Positions 1 through 9,417 of a DNA stretch of 64,000 nt are shown one piece after another. Made by a program: the position numbers and the translations under genes. Origin of the DNA: Armatimonadota bacterium (lineage in GTDB: Bacteria > Armatimonadota > UBA5829 > DTLH01); the NCBI GenBank assembly GCA_039679675.1, contig JBDKUN010000003.1, forward strand, positions 1 through 64,000, in the 5' to 3' direction. The notes under the pieces are model-generated. The model made no database searches. It worked only from the letters and a program-made list of their open reading frames with translations, and was not told the origin of the DNA. Within the stretch, counting starts at the first letter, position 1, and every line of letters begins with the position of its first letter.

Positions 1-547
1 CATCTGTCCATGTATCATCGATTGCATCGGTTGGGACATCTATTATGCCTGTGTTGGTCAAGACCTTGTCGATGTCCAAGAGGATCTTGATCTTGCCTTC
101 GGACTTGCCGATGCCGAGGATGTAGTCGGAGTTCACATTTGCACCAAAAGATGGGGTGTTTTCGATGTCTTCACTTAAGATATCCAGTACTTCCGAGACT
201 CTGTCAACTATGATGCCGATGTCGGTCTTGTTGGCTTGCACCACAATGATGCATGTCTCATCTGTCTGTTCTGTCGAGGCCATTGAGAGCTTGAGTCTCA
301 GGTCTACTACAGGGATTACCTTGCCTCTTAAGTTGATGACTCCTTTGGTGTAACTTTCCGTCCGTGGAACAGAGGTAATAGGCATCATCCTGATGATCTC
401 GTGGACCTTTAGGATCTCTATTCCGTATTCTTCACCGGAAAGAAAGAACGTCAGGAACTTGCCTCCTTTGTTACTGGGCTGTGACTCCGGCAGTGCATCG
501 AGAGCGCTGCCTCCCGGAGCACCGTCTTCCTCCTTGAACTTGCCCAT
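1..547 (-). CDS. cheW: Chemotaxis coupling protein CheW; partial, 3' end runs off the left edge
   Basis: Manual translation from ATG at 547 (RBS AAGGAG) gives MGKFKEE...GGKFLTFFLSGEEYGIEILKVHEIIRMMPITSVPRT...KGVINLRGKVIPVVDLRLKL. Closely resembles the CheW at 30079-30639. Not in the ORF track because it has no stop codon within the window. Confidence 0.93.
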   Translation of the reverse strand, partial: MGKFKEEDGAPGGSALDALPESQPSNKGGKFLTFFLSGEEYGIEILKVHEIIRMMPITSVPRTESYTKGVINLRGKVIPVVDLRLKLSMASTEQTDETCIIVVQANKTDIGIIVDRVSEVLDILSEDIENTPSFGANVNSDYILGIGKSEGKIKILLDIDKVLTNTGIIDVPTDAIDDTWTD

Positions 548-869
548 AGAAACACTCCTTCTGCTCACTTGCTCCAGTTTCGGCGCTGATGCAGCAGCCG
601 GAAACCTTTAAGTGAACACTCCTTAAACGATATGGCACCAGATCATCTATGCGACCTTCATTGGTGCTGCAAAATAATCATGGCTGGAACATATGTCCAT
701 CTGGTCGGCCTAAAGGAATGAACTTTTATCGGTCATCCGTTGAGGGTTACTTCACCGAATTCGGGCTACTCACTAGCGAATATTAATAAGGTGGAAGGGT
801 GATGAAAAATCACCAGTTGGTGAAGCCAGGTGATGCAAACGCGGAAAAGGTTAACCCTTGTACAAACTC

Positions 870-902
870 AACCGGCTTCAAGATCAAGTTCGAAGCCGGT
901 TA
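870..902 (-). terminator. Hairpin downstream of the LuxR-type gene
   Basis: AACCGGCTTC...GAAGCCGGTT inverted repeat. Confidence 0.45.
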
Positions 903-991
903 GTTGCCCATAGATGCTGACTGATAACTCTTGGATTAAACCAGGTTAACGCAAAAAATCAATAAGTATGAATTATCGTAGGCTGGTTCTA

Positions 992-1675
992 TCAGGCAGA
1001 CAATATTTGATTTTGGATTAACTGCCTTCGCGATGAGATGCCTAACCTCTTATATATCCTGCGAAGGTGGGTCTTTACGGTGCTCACAGTTACAAACGTC
1101 AGCTCGGCGATTTGTTCGTTGGTCAATCCCTGTGATGCAAGAGCCGCGATCTCTTTTTCCCTGTCGGAGAGCAAACCCATCTCAGGCGTATCTTCAGATG
1201 CCAGATCGTTGCAGTAAATCCTTGCAAATTTTTGCACGACAGGAGCAATTACTGAAGGATCATAAGCGAAACGGCCTGAGGCGACTATAGCTATGGTATC
1301 GAGCAGGCGCTTCAGTGAACTATGCTTGAGGAAATATCCGTCGGCGCCCATTCCTATTGCCATGAGGGCCGTCCTCTCGCTCATATCCGATGTAATGAAT
1401 ATGATCTTGGTCTTGCGGTGGCTCATTTTGAGGTCTCTGACCCAACTGATTCCTGATCCATCGGGCAGTTTCACTTCCAGCAGTATAATGTCGGGGGTTA
1501 CTTCCCTCAAGGCAGTATTAGCTTCGCTTATGCTGCCTACCGAACTGACTACGCACAGATTGGCGTCTTCCGATAATTGCTTGGCCAGTACCTCGCGGAC
1601 AATTGTTTCACTGTCCACCAACATAACCTTTTTCTTCTCTTCCGAAGGCTCTCCAATAGTATTTGTGTTTCCCAC
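992..1675 (-). CDS. NarL/LuxR-family response regulator with an atypical receiver domain
   Basis: REC-like N-terminus (PDIILLEVKLPDGSG) and LuxR HTH (LSDREKEIAALASQGLTNEQIAE...TVKTHLRRIYKRLGI). Probable GTG start at 1675 after AAGGAAGGA; the ORF is open to 1726. Confidence 0.88.
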   Translation of the reverse strand: MGNTNTIGEPSEEKKKVMLVDSETIVREVLAKQLSEDANLCVVSSVGSISEANTALREVTPDIILLEVKLPDGSGISWVRDLKMSHRKTKIIFITSDMSERTALMAIGMGADGYFLKHSSLKRLLDTIAIVASGRFAYDPSVIAPVVQKFARIYCNDLASEDTPEMGLLSDREKEIAALASQGLTNEQIAELTFVTVSTVKTHLRRIYKRLGISSRRQLIQNQILSA

Positions 1676-2342
1676 TACAATCCTTCCTTTGAATGCAGAC
1701 AGTACGCTGGGCTGAATAACCACCATACCTGCTAACGATTATGCCTATACTGCAGCGGCGCATATCGTCCGTAGAGTATGCAATAAATGCATATAAAGTA
1801 TGAACCGCTATTAGTTCTAAACGAGCAGGTATCAGTCTTAGAGGATTATACTCTTGCGCAGACCTGTTACTGTAGACAAGCATTTAATAACACCTATATT
1901 GATGCACTTAGCAACGGGTTAGTCAATGTATAAATGAGTCCCAATGTTTAAAAGTTGATGGTGATACTGTTACAATGCGGATGGGCCCGGCAAACACCCA
2001 GCATTCAGCTTTAGCTGGCGGATTTTATGTATCACGTTCGTTGCATTAAGGCTGAAAACGATGGTAATATAAAAGGTAATAAGCTACGAGTTTTGCCAGT
2101 TGATGTAACGAGTATTAAGCATTGTTTCAGGCAAAACTTCTTCCGGGAGAGTTTCGAGGTTGAGTGTAAAACCAACAGATACAGCAGTATCAATGACTGG
2201 TTAGGTATCCGTAGGTTTGTTACATTATTACTCGAAACTTTTTAATAGTGCAGTGTGCCAGAACCGCACCGGCCTGCTGTACGCAGGGGTGATCCGGCGC
2301 GGTATTTTTTGTATGAGCTGTAATTTAAGAAATGGTGTGAAT

Positions 2343-2894
2343 ATGCATCCGAATGTGTTGGACCGGAACGAAACGGCGCTCGTAGTCGTAGATGTTCAAG
2401 AGTCGTGTGCGAATGTTGTTTTTGAGAAGGACCGAGTTGTTACAAACGTAATAAAACTGGTGGAAGCTGCAAAGATGCTGGACATACCGGTGGTTACGAT
2501 GGTCCACCGCCGGGAGAAGCTGGGAGGTATCACTCCTGAACTGGTCGAAGTGCTGCCGGACCCGGTGGGGATCAACAAGACTACTTTCAGCTGCTGTGGT
2601 GTGAAACCTTTTGTCGACAGGTTGGAGGAGTTGGGCCGGCAAACAGTCCTCCTGTGCGGAATTGAGACTCATGTTTGTCTGAACCAGACGGCTCACGATC
2701 TGCTGATGATGGGTTATAGAGTCCAGCTGGCAGCGGATGCAGTCAGTTCTCGAAGAAAGATAGACCATACATTAGGAATAGAAAAGATGCGGGATTCCGG
2801 GGTAGTGATAACCTCGACGGAAATGGCGATACTCGAGTTGCTTCGGGATACGGTAGACCCGAAATTTAGGCCGGTATTCGCACTGGTGAAGTAA
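2343..2894 (+). CDS. Isochorismatase-family cysteine hydrolase
   Basis: VVVDVQE, K-x-x-FSC and GIETHVCL motifs (Asp-Lys-Cys triad). Confidence 0.88.
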   Translation: MHPNVLDRNETALVVVDVQESCANVVFEKDRVVTNVIKLVEAAKMLDIPVVTMVHRREKLGGITPELVEVLPDPVGINKTTFSCCGVKPFVDRLEELGRQTVLLCGIETHVCLNQTAHDLLMMGYRVQLAADAVSSRRKIDHTLGIEKMRDSGVVITSTEMAILELLRDTVDPKFRPVFALVK

Positions 2895-3131
2895 ATGGCT
2901 GAACCAAACATAAAAGAAACAAAGCCGAAATATAGAGTCGTAATCAACCAGGACTGGTGCAAAGGCTGTGGTATATGTATGTCGTTTTGTCCAAAGGGGA
3001 TTCTGGTCGCGGAGGGACTGGACCAGAAAGCCACGGTGACTGACGACAGCCTTTGTATCAACTGTACGCTGTGCGCAGTCCACTGTCCGGACTTTGCAAT
3101 TGAGATCGTCCCCAGCGAGGCAGAAAAATGA
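2895..3131 (+). CDS. korD: 2-oxoacid:ferredoxin oxidoreductase delta subunit (2x[4Fe-4S] ferredoxin)
   Basis: Two CxxCxxCxxxCP motifs (CKGCGICMSFCP and CINCTLCAVHCP); first gene of the alpha/beta/gamma cluster. Confidence 0.88.
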   Translation: MAEPNIKETKPKYRVVINQDWCKGCGICMSFCPKGILVAEGLDQKATVTDDSLCINCTLCAVHCPDFAIEIVPSEAEK

Positions 3132-4342
3132 ACAGCGGTAAAGTCAAATTTATGCAGGGCAACGAGGCCTGCGCCGAGGGAGCAATAGCGGCAGGGTGTA
3201 GATTTTTCGCGGGATATCCCATCACTCCATCAAGCGAGATCGCGGAAATACTCGCGCGAAGACTTCCTCAAGTCGGAGGGAAGTTCATCCAGATGGAGGA
3301 TGAGATTGCTTCCATGGCGGCTGTCTGCGGAGCATCTTTGACCGGCACAAAGGCGCTGACCGCCACAAGCGGCCCTGGTTTTTCACTGAAACAGGAAAAT
3401 TTAGGCTATGCATCGTTCACAGAGATCCCTTGCGTTGTTGTGAATGTAATGAGAGCAGGCCCAAGCACAGGGTCTCCGACATCCCCCGCGCAGGCCGATG
3501 TTATGCAGGCCAGGTGGGGCACACATGGCGACCATCCGATTATCGTCCTCTCCTGCGCGTCTGTAAAAGACATGTACGAGCTCACGGTAAGGTCGTTCAA
3601 CCTGTCCGAGCGGTTCAGAGTCCCGGTTATTATGTTATCCGATGAAATAATAGCTCACATGCGCGAGAAAGTGGACCTGGAAACGCTTGCGAAGCTGGAA
3701 ATTGTCGACAGAAAGAAGCCGGATTGCTCACCGGAGGATTTTCTTCCGTATAGAGCCGATCCAGAGACAGATGTTCCGCCGATGGCGAGCTTCGGTGACG
3801 GCTATCGTTACCATGTGACCGGCCTTACGCATGGAGAAGCGGGGTTTACCACGCAGAAGCCGGACGAGATATCCGCGCTTATTGAGCGCCTTCATCGCAA
3901 GATCGAAGACCACAAAGACGAGATCATAGAGACTCGGAACTACTACCTGGACGATGCGAAAATCGCCGTATTTGCTTATGGTTGCACGTCGAGGTCGGCG
4001 CTGAGAGCCGTCAGAGAGGCGCGCGAGCGTGGAATCAAGGCCGGGTTGATCCAGCCAGTGACACTGTGGCCGTTCCCCGACGAACTGATCCGCCAGGTCG
4101 CAGCTCAGGTGGATGCGTTTATAGTGCCGGAAATGAACCTGGGAATGATGGTTCGCGAGGTCGAACGCGCTGCGCATGGACAGGCGGAAGTCATAGGCCA
4201 ATCACTCGTAACATGGGAAATGTTCACACCTGCCCAGGTGCTTGCAAAGATCGAAGAGGTGCATAATTGGGCGACATCAAACAGTATCTCCGAAAGCAGA
4301 CGCTCCCGCACATCTGGTGCGCCGGCTGCGGCAACGGAATAA
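3128..4342 (+). CDS. korA: 2-oxoacid (probably 2-oxoglutarate):ferredoxin oxidoreductase alpha subunit
   Basis: GNEACAEGA, GYPITPSSEI, QMEDEIAS and TATSGPG motifs. Linkage to sucCD suggests 2-oxoglutarate specificity. Confidence 0.9.
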   Translation: MNSGKVKFMQGNEACAEGAIAAGCRFFAGYPITPSSEIAEILARRLPQVGGKFIQMEDEIASMAAVCGASLTGTKALTATSGPGFSLKQENLGYASFTEIPCVVVNVMRAGPSTGSPTSPAQADVMQARWGTHGDHPIIVLSCASVKDMYELTVRSFNLSERFRVPVIMLSDEIIAHMREKVDLETLAKLEIVDRKKPDCSPEDFLPYRADPETDVPPMASFGDGYRYHVTGLTHGEAGFTTQKPDEISALIERLHRKIEDHKDEIIETRNYYLDDAKIAVFAYGCTSRSALRAVREARERGIKAGLIQPVTLWPFPDELIRQVAAQVDAFIVPEMNLGMMVREVERAAHGQAEVIGQSLVTWEMFTPAQVLAKIEEVHNWATSNSISESRRSRTSGAPAAATE

Positions 4343-5082
4343 TACTTAATTCAATATTGACAGCGGTAGACAAACTCGGACTCGATAGAGATAACGTGGT
4401 CATGGTATCCGGTATAGGCTGTTCGAGCCGCGCTTCGGGCTATGTGGACTTCAACACTCTCCACACCACCCACGGGCGAGCCCTGCCTTTTGCTACAGGC
4501 ATAAAACTTGCGAAGCCCGGTATGACGGTCATAGTCGTGACCGGCGATGGTGACGCGACGGCAATAGGCGGAAACCATCTGATACATGCTGCGCGGCGAA
4601 ACATAGACCTGACAGTCGTGCTCTTCAATAACTCCACCTACGGAATGACGAGCGGGCAGTATTCCCCGGCCACGCCTACCGGGGCGATTGCGACTACTGC
4701 TCCTTACGGCAACATCGACCGGCCTTTCGATATATGTAAGCTTGCCCAGTCCGCCGGGGCCACGTACGTTGCCCGCGGAACTACATACCATGCGAAAGTG
4801 CTGCCCAACCTGATCGAGAAGGCCATCCAGAACAAGGGCTTCTCTCTGGTTGAGGCTGTCACACAGTGCCCGATCTACTTCGGACGGATGAACAAGATCG
4901 GAAACGCAGTAGAAATGATGAAGTGGCAGCGCGAACATGCCGTCTCAAAGAAAGATGCATCGGCTATGAGCCCTGAGGAGATGGCAGGCAGGTTTGTAAT
5001 AGGCGAGCTGTACAATCAGCCGGAGCCGGAATACTGCGAGCAGTATGACAAGATCATCGCCAAAGCGCAGGGCAGGGGATAG
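4267..5082 (+). CDS. korB: 2-oxoacid:ferredoxin oxidoreductase beta subunit (TPP-binding)
   Basis: WCAGCG, SGIGCS and the GDGD...NN TPP motif. TTG start after RBS GAGGTG. Confidence 0.9.
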   Translation: MGDIKQYLRKQTLPHIWCAGCGNGIILNSILTAVDKLGLDRDNVVMVSGIGCSSRASGYVDFNTLHTTHGRALPFATGIKLAKPGMTVIVVTGDGDATAIGGNHLIHAARRNIDLTVVLFNNSTYGMTSGQYSPATPTGAIATTAPYGNIDRPFDICKLAQSAGATYVARGTTYHAKVLPNLIEKAIQNKGFSLVEAVTQCPIYFGRMNKIGNAVEMMKWQREHAVSKKDASAMSPEEMAGRFVIGELYNQPEPEYCEQYDKIIAKAQGRG

Positions 5083-5094
5083 TTGGGGGAAGCC

Positions 5095-5640
5095 ATGAAA
5101 GATAACAGATATGAAGTCCGGTTGTCCGGTTCCGGCGGGCAGGGGTTGATTCTGGCAGGGATTATTCTCGCCGAAGCGGCTTCCATCCACGAAGGGAAAG
5201 AGGCTGTGCAGACCCAGAGCTATGGGCCGGAGTCCAGAGGCGGCGCGAGTAAGTCCGAGGTCGTCATAAGCGACACAGACATCGACTATCCGAAGGTGAC
5301 ATCGCCGAACCTGCTCCTTGCCATGACGCAGGAAGCCTGCAATAAGTATCTTGGTGATCTTAAAGAGGACGGAATTGCAATTCTGGACAGCTGCTTTGTC
5401 GAAGACTGGAAAAAAGCTCCGAATGTGATTGCGCTTCCGCTCACACCGATTGCTAAAGAGACGACCGGCAGGACGATTGTTGCGAACATAGTCGCGCTCG
5501 GCGCTATCACGGCGTTAAGCGGGGTTGTGAGCAAGGAATCCATGGAAAAAGCCGTCCTTGCCCGCGTACCTAAGGGGACCGAGGAGATCAACCTGAGGGC
5601 GCTGAACGCAGGCTTCGAAGCGGCAAAAAAAGCCTTGTAG
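5095..5640 (+). CDS. korG: 2-oxoacid:ferredoxin oxidoreductase gamma subunit
   Basis: GSGGQG and YGPESRGG motifs. Confidence 0.9.
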   Translation: MKDNRYEVRLSGSGGQGLILAGIILAEAASIHEGKEAVQTQSYGPESRGGASKSEVVISDTDIDYPKVTSPNLLLAMTQEACNKYLGDLKEDGIAILDSCFVEDWKKAPNVIALPLTPIAKETTGRTIVANIVALGAITALSGVVSKESMEKAVLARVPKGTEEINLRALNAGFEAAKKAL

Positions 5641-5700
5641 CTGTCAGCTTTCGGCCGTCAGCGATCAGTGTTGTTTTGGAACAAAGGTATCTCGATTTAT

Positions 5701-7038
5701 ATGACTAAAGGTGAATCGGAAAAGCTGGAATACAAGACATCGCTTGGCGAATGGAAGGAGATCGTCGAGTCTGTAGCGGCGTTTGCGACATCAAAAGGGG
5801 GTGTGATACAGATAGGCGTCACACCCGATGGCCAGCATGCAGGTGTACAACTTGGCAAAGGCAGTATTGAGGATCTAGCGAATAAAATTAAGCGTAATGT
5901 TGAGCCGCCACAGTATCCATCCTTATCAATCGAAGGCGATGAAGCTTCCGCTGTGGTAACTCTGACAATAGCAGAAAGTCCGATTAAACCTGTATGGGCA
6001 TTTGGCAGGCCGCTCAAGCGTGTAGGAAGGACTAATCAGCAGCTTACGCCACAGGAAACGCAACGCCTAAGTGAATCTACAACAGGTAGAACATGGGATG
6101 CTTTGGTATGTGGGGAATTCAAAGCCGAAGAACTTGGTAGAGAAGCTGTTGAAGATTATCTGAAAAGAGTCGGGCAGAGTTTGGATTCCAGCAGTAAAAC
6201 CGTGGTGGAAAATCTTGGCCTTTACACATCGCGAGGCATTGCAAATGGTGCTGTTTTGCTGTTTGGACAAGACCCACAGCGCTACTTTCCTGATGCACAA
6301 GTAAAATGCGCTCGCTTTAAAGGTACAGCATCCATTGATTTTATAGATGAGCATACGCTCGATGGTTCGGTGATCAGCCAATTGGAGGCAGCATTGGCTT
6401 TTGTGGAGCGTAATACCCAAAGATCCATTGTGATCACTGGCAAAGCTGCCCATGATGTAGTTGCAGAATATCCTCTAGAGGCGGTTAGAGAAGCCCTTGC
6501 TAATGCAATCTGCCATAGAGATTATGCGATGCCTGGAACAGTGCAGGTCCGCATATATGATGATAGATTAGAAGTCTGGAATCCGGGCCCGTTACCTCCT
6601 GGAATTTTAGTGGATGACCTTTATCGGGAGCATCCATCATGTCCGAGGAACCGCAAGCTGGCATTAGCTATGCATCGTGCCAGATTAATCGAACAATGGG
6701 GAACAGGAACACTGCGAATAGTAGCAGCATGCAAATCCGCGGGCTTGCCTGTCCCTGAGTTTGTATCGGAGATGGGTACATTCATAGTACGGTTCAAAAA
6801 GGTAGCTGCAGCGGATAATTTGCCCGATAACGCCGGGCTGAACAGCCGTCAAGTCGAATTAGTAGCTCATATTCAGATAAACGGCTCGATTACCGCAAAA
6901 GAATATCAGAGTATTTTCCAGGTTAGTACGCGCCAGGCGATAAGGAATCTTAATAACCTTATTGAGATAGGTGTTCTCGTTCGTGAAGGCAAGGCAAGAA
7001 ATACTCGCTACATATTGGCAACTGCGACTAAGGGCTAG
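5701..7038 (+). CDS. AlbA_2/Schlafen-domain protein with RecG-C-like ATPase domain and C-terminal winged HTH (putative transcriptional regulator)
   Basis: GESEKLEYK...AFATSKGG-x-IQIGV (AlbA_2); YPLEAVREALANAICHRDY, RLEVWNPG and IEQWGTG; C-terminal HTH. Visibly more AT-rich than its neighbours. Confidence 0.85.
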   Translation: MTKGESEKLEYKTSLGEWKEIVESVAAFATSKGGVIQIGVTPDGQHAGVQLGKGSIEDLANKIKRNVEPPQYPSLSIEGDEASAVVTLTIAESPIKPVWAFGRPLKRVGRTNQQLTPQETQRLSESTTGRTWDALVCGEFKAEELGREAVEDYLKRVGQSLDSSSKTVVENLGLYTSRGIANGAVLLFGQDPQRYFPDAQVKCARFKGTASIDFIDEHTLDGSVISQLEAALAFVERNTQRSIVITGKAAHDVVAEYPLEAVREALANAICHRDYAMPGTVQVRIYDDRLEVWNPGPLPPGILVDDLYREHPSCPRNRKLALAMHRARLIEQWGTGTLRIVAACKSAGLPVPEFVSEMGTFIVRFKKVAAADNLPDNAGLNSRQVELVAHIQINGSITAKEYQSIFQVSTRQAIRNLNNLIEIGVLVREGKARNTRYILATATKG

Positions 7039-7039
7039 T

Positions 7040-7171
7040 GATGGCACGATCATGGCACGATCTGGCGCGATCTGGCGCGATTATGACACGATGCCTTATG
7101 ATGCCTTATGATGCCAGTCGATGTTTAGCTGATAAAGTGTGATGCGTAACGACGCTACACGATGTTATGAT
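7040..7171. repeat. Degenerate 10-11 bp tandem repeat array (units ending in GAT)
   Basis: ATGGCACGAT x2, CTGGCGCGAT x2 and GCCTTATGAT x2, with further degenerate units. Confidence 0.75.
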
Positions 7172-7227
7172 TAGCAAAAATCAGGGCTAAAGTATATCTC
7201 CATCCTGTTTGAGATGAGGAGAGGAAC

Positions 7228-8358
7228 TTGAAGATACACGAATACCAGGCAAAACAATTACTGGCAGGATACGGAGTACCGGTCCCCGTTGGTAAAGTCT
7301 GCGACAACCCGAAAGCTGCGGCAGATTTTGCCAAAGAGATCGGTTCTCCGGTTGTAGTTAAGGCGCAGGTCCATGTCGGCGGCCGAGGAAAGGCCGGAGG
7401 GATCAAACTCGCCAAAGACCCGTCCGAAGCGGAGTCGATTGCAAAGGCCATGCTTGGAAGCGAGCTCAAAGGTCTGAAAATCGAGAAGGTTCTGGTCGAG
7501 CGTGCAATAAACATCGACCAGGAATACTATCTCGGCATCACAATAGACCGCAATATGCAGAAAAACGCCGTGATGGTGAGCGCAGCGGGCGGTGTAGACA
7601 TAGAAGAAGTCGCAGCCACCACTCCCGAGAAAATCACCAAGATGCACATCGACCCGTCCGACGGGCTGATGGATTTCCAGATCCGCAGGCTCATTCTCGA
7701 TGCAGGGCTGCCGAGGAGCATAATGGCCCAGGCGACCAAATTTCTGCGGGCACTTTACACAGCTTATATCGACGCAGACGCTTCGCTTGCGGAGATCAAC
7801 CCGCTCGTCCTCACTAAAGAGGGCGAAGTCATTGCGGCTGACGCCAAGATCAATATAGACGATAACGCGCTCTTCAGACATCCTGAGTTCAATGCATACA
7901 AGGAAGAGAGCGAGGAAGACCCGATAGAGGCTGAGGCTCACAGAAGGGGTATTCAATACGTCCGGCTGGACGGGCACATCGGTATCCTCGGAAACGGCGC
8001 AGGGCTCGTCATGGCGACGCTAGACGAGGTCAAGCGGGCCGGTGGAAGCGCCGCGAACTTCCTGGACATCGGCGGCGGCGCGCAAGCGGAGATGGTCCGA
8101 AGTGCGCTCGAAGTCGTTTTGATGGACCCCAAGGTCAAAGGCGTGTTCTTCAACGTTTTCGGCGGGATTACTCGTTGCGATGAAGTCGCCAAAGGGATAC
8201 TCGAAGCCACATCGACTATGGACATCAAAGTCCCGATAGTCGCAAGGCTTACCGGTACGATGGCTGAAGCCGGTCAGAAGCTGCTCGAGGGCAGCAAGCT
8301 GATTCCGGCTGCGACGATGCAGGAAGCGGCGGAAAAGATAGTCGCGCTGGCAAAGTGA
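7228..8358 (+). CDS. sucC: Succinyl-CoA synthetase beta subunit
   Basis: [33 protein letters not shown] and NFLDIGGG motifs. TTG start with GAGGAG RBS. Confidence 0.97.
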   Translation: MKIHEYQAKQLLAGYGVPVPVGKVCDNPKAAADFAKEIGSPVVVKAQVHVGGRGKAGGIKLAKDPSEAESIAKAMLGSELKGLKIEKVLVERAINIDQEYYLGITIDRNMQKNAVMVSAAGGVDIEEVAATTPEKITKMHIDPSDGLMDFQIRRLILDAGLPRSIMAQATKFLRALYTAYIDADASLAEINPLVLTKEGEVIAADAKINIDDNALFRHPEFNAYKEESEEDPIEAEAHRRGIQYVRLDGHIGILGNGAGLVMATLDEVKRAGGSAANFLDIGGGAQAEMVRSALEVVLMDPKVKGVFFNVFGGITRCDEVAKGILEATSTMDIKVPIVARLTGTMAEAGQKLLEGSKLIPAATMQEAAEKIVALAK

Positions 8359-8368
8359 GGAGCGGAAA

Positions 8369-9244
8369 TTGAGCATACTGATCGATCAGAATACGAGGGT
8401 TCTCATCCAGGGGCTGACGGGCCGTGAAGGCCAGTTTCATTCCCAGCAGATGATTGAATACGGAACAAAAGTCGTCGCGGGAGTCACGCCGGGCAAGGGC
8501 GGAACCGAGTCGCTTGGAGTTCCGGTCTATGACACTGTCATAGATGCCGTTTCCGAGACCGGAGCCAATGCTGCCTGTATTTTTGTCCCAGCGCGCTTCG
8601 CCATGGACGCAATCCTGGAGGGTGTCGATGCCGGACTGGACCTGATTGTCGCTATCACTGATGGGATCCCGACCCAGGATATGATCCGTGCAGTCGATGC
8701 CGTCCGTGGGTCCAGAAGGACAAGGCTTATCGGCCCGAACTGCCCTGGGCTTACATCTGCGGGCAAATGCAAGATAGGAATTATGCCGGGGAATATTTTC
8801 AAGCCGGGAAATGTCGGCGTAATCTCAAGAAGCGGCACGCTTACCTATGAAATAGTCGATGAACTCACCCGCGCCGGGCTCGGCCAGACGACCTGCATCG
8901 GCATAGGAGGCGACCCGATCCTCGGAATGAGGTTCGTGGACGCGCTGCCGCTTTTCGAGTCCGACCCGGAGACTAAAGCAGTGGTTATGGTCGGTGAGAT
9001 CGGCGGAAGCGATGAGGAAATAGCCGCGGACTACATCAAGCGGATGAAAAAACCGGTAATTGGGTTCATTTCCGGCCGTTCCGCACCTCCCGGAAAGCGG
9101 ATGGGCCACGCCGGAGCGATCATCTCCGGCAAGAGCGGCACGCCGGAAGCGAAAATCGAAGCGCTTACGGCTGCAAAGGTTGCAATTGCCGATACAACGC
9201 AGGAAATCCCCGCGCTGGTGAAAAAAGCGCTGAAGGGGAGATAG
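8369..9244 (+). CDS. sucD: Succinyl-CoA synthetase alpha subunit
   Basis: [28 protein letters not shown] and MGHAGA (phospho-His) motifs. Confidence 0.97.
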   Translation: MSILIDQNTRVLIQGLTGREGQFHSQQMIEYGTKVVAGVTPGKGGTESLGVPVYDTVIDAVSETGANAACIFVPARFAMDAILEGVDAGLDLIVAITDGIPTQDMIRAVDAVRGSRRTRLIGPNCPGLTSAGKCKIGIMPGNIFKPGNVGVISRSGTLTYEIVDELTRAGLGQTTCIGIGGDPILGMRFVDALPLFESDPETKAVVMVGEIGGSDEEIAADYIKRMKKPVIGFISGRSAPPGKRMGHAGAIISGKSGTPEAKIEALTAAKVAIADTTQEIPALVKKALKGR

Positions 9245-9309
9245 CTGTCAGCAATCAGCTTTTGGCTGTGCAGGAACGATAGAAAATAGATAGTTTATAA
9301 ACTTCAAAG

Positions 9310-9338
9310 AGCCTCAGGCAGTAAACCTGGGGTTTTTT
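9310..9338 (+). terminator. Rho-independent terminator after sucD
   Basis: AGCCTCAGG-loop-CCTGGGGTT followed by a T-run. Confidence 0.65.
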
Positions 9339-9417
9339 GGCATTTTATGTTGGTAGAATTGCAATAATATATGTTATAAAGATATTCGATTCCACAAACG
9401 TTTCGGCAGAGGTAATT

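Noticed and set aside
725..760. Sigma28 promoter upstream of cheW (ACCGATAA)
   Set aside because: The -10 element is plausible, but there is no TAAA-like -35 at the expected spacing.
2027..2245. 72-aa ORF upstream of the isochorismatase gene
   Set aside because: No RBS, no recognisable motif, and it lies in an AT-rich promoter region.
7040..7171. CRISPR array
   Set aside because: Units are 10-11 bp with no unique spacers, and there are no cas genes.
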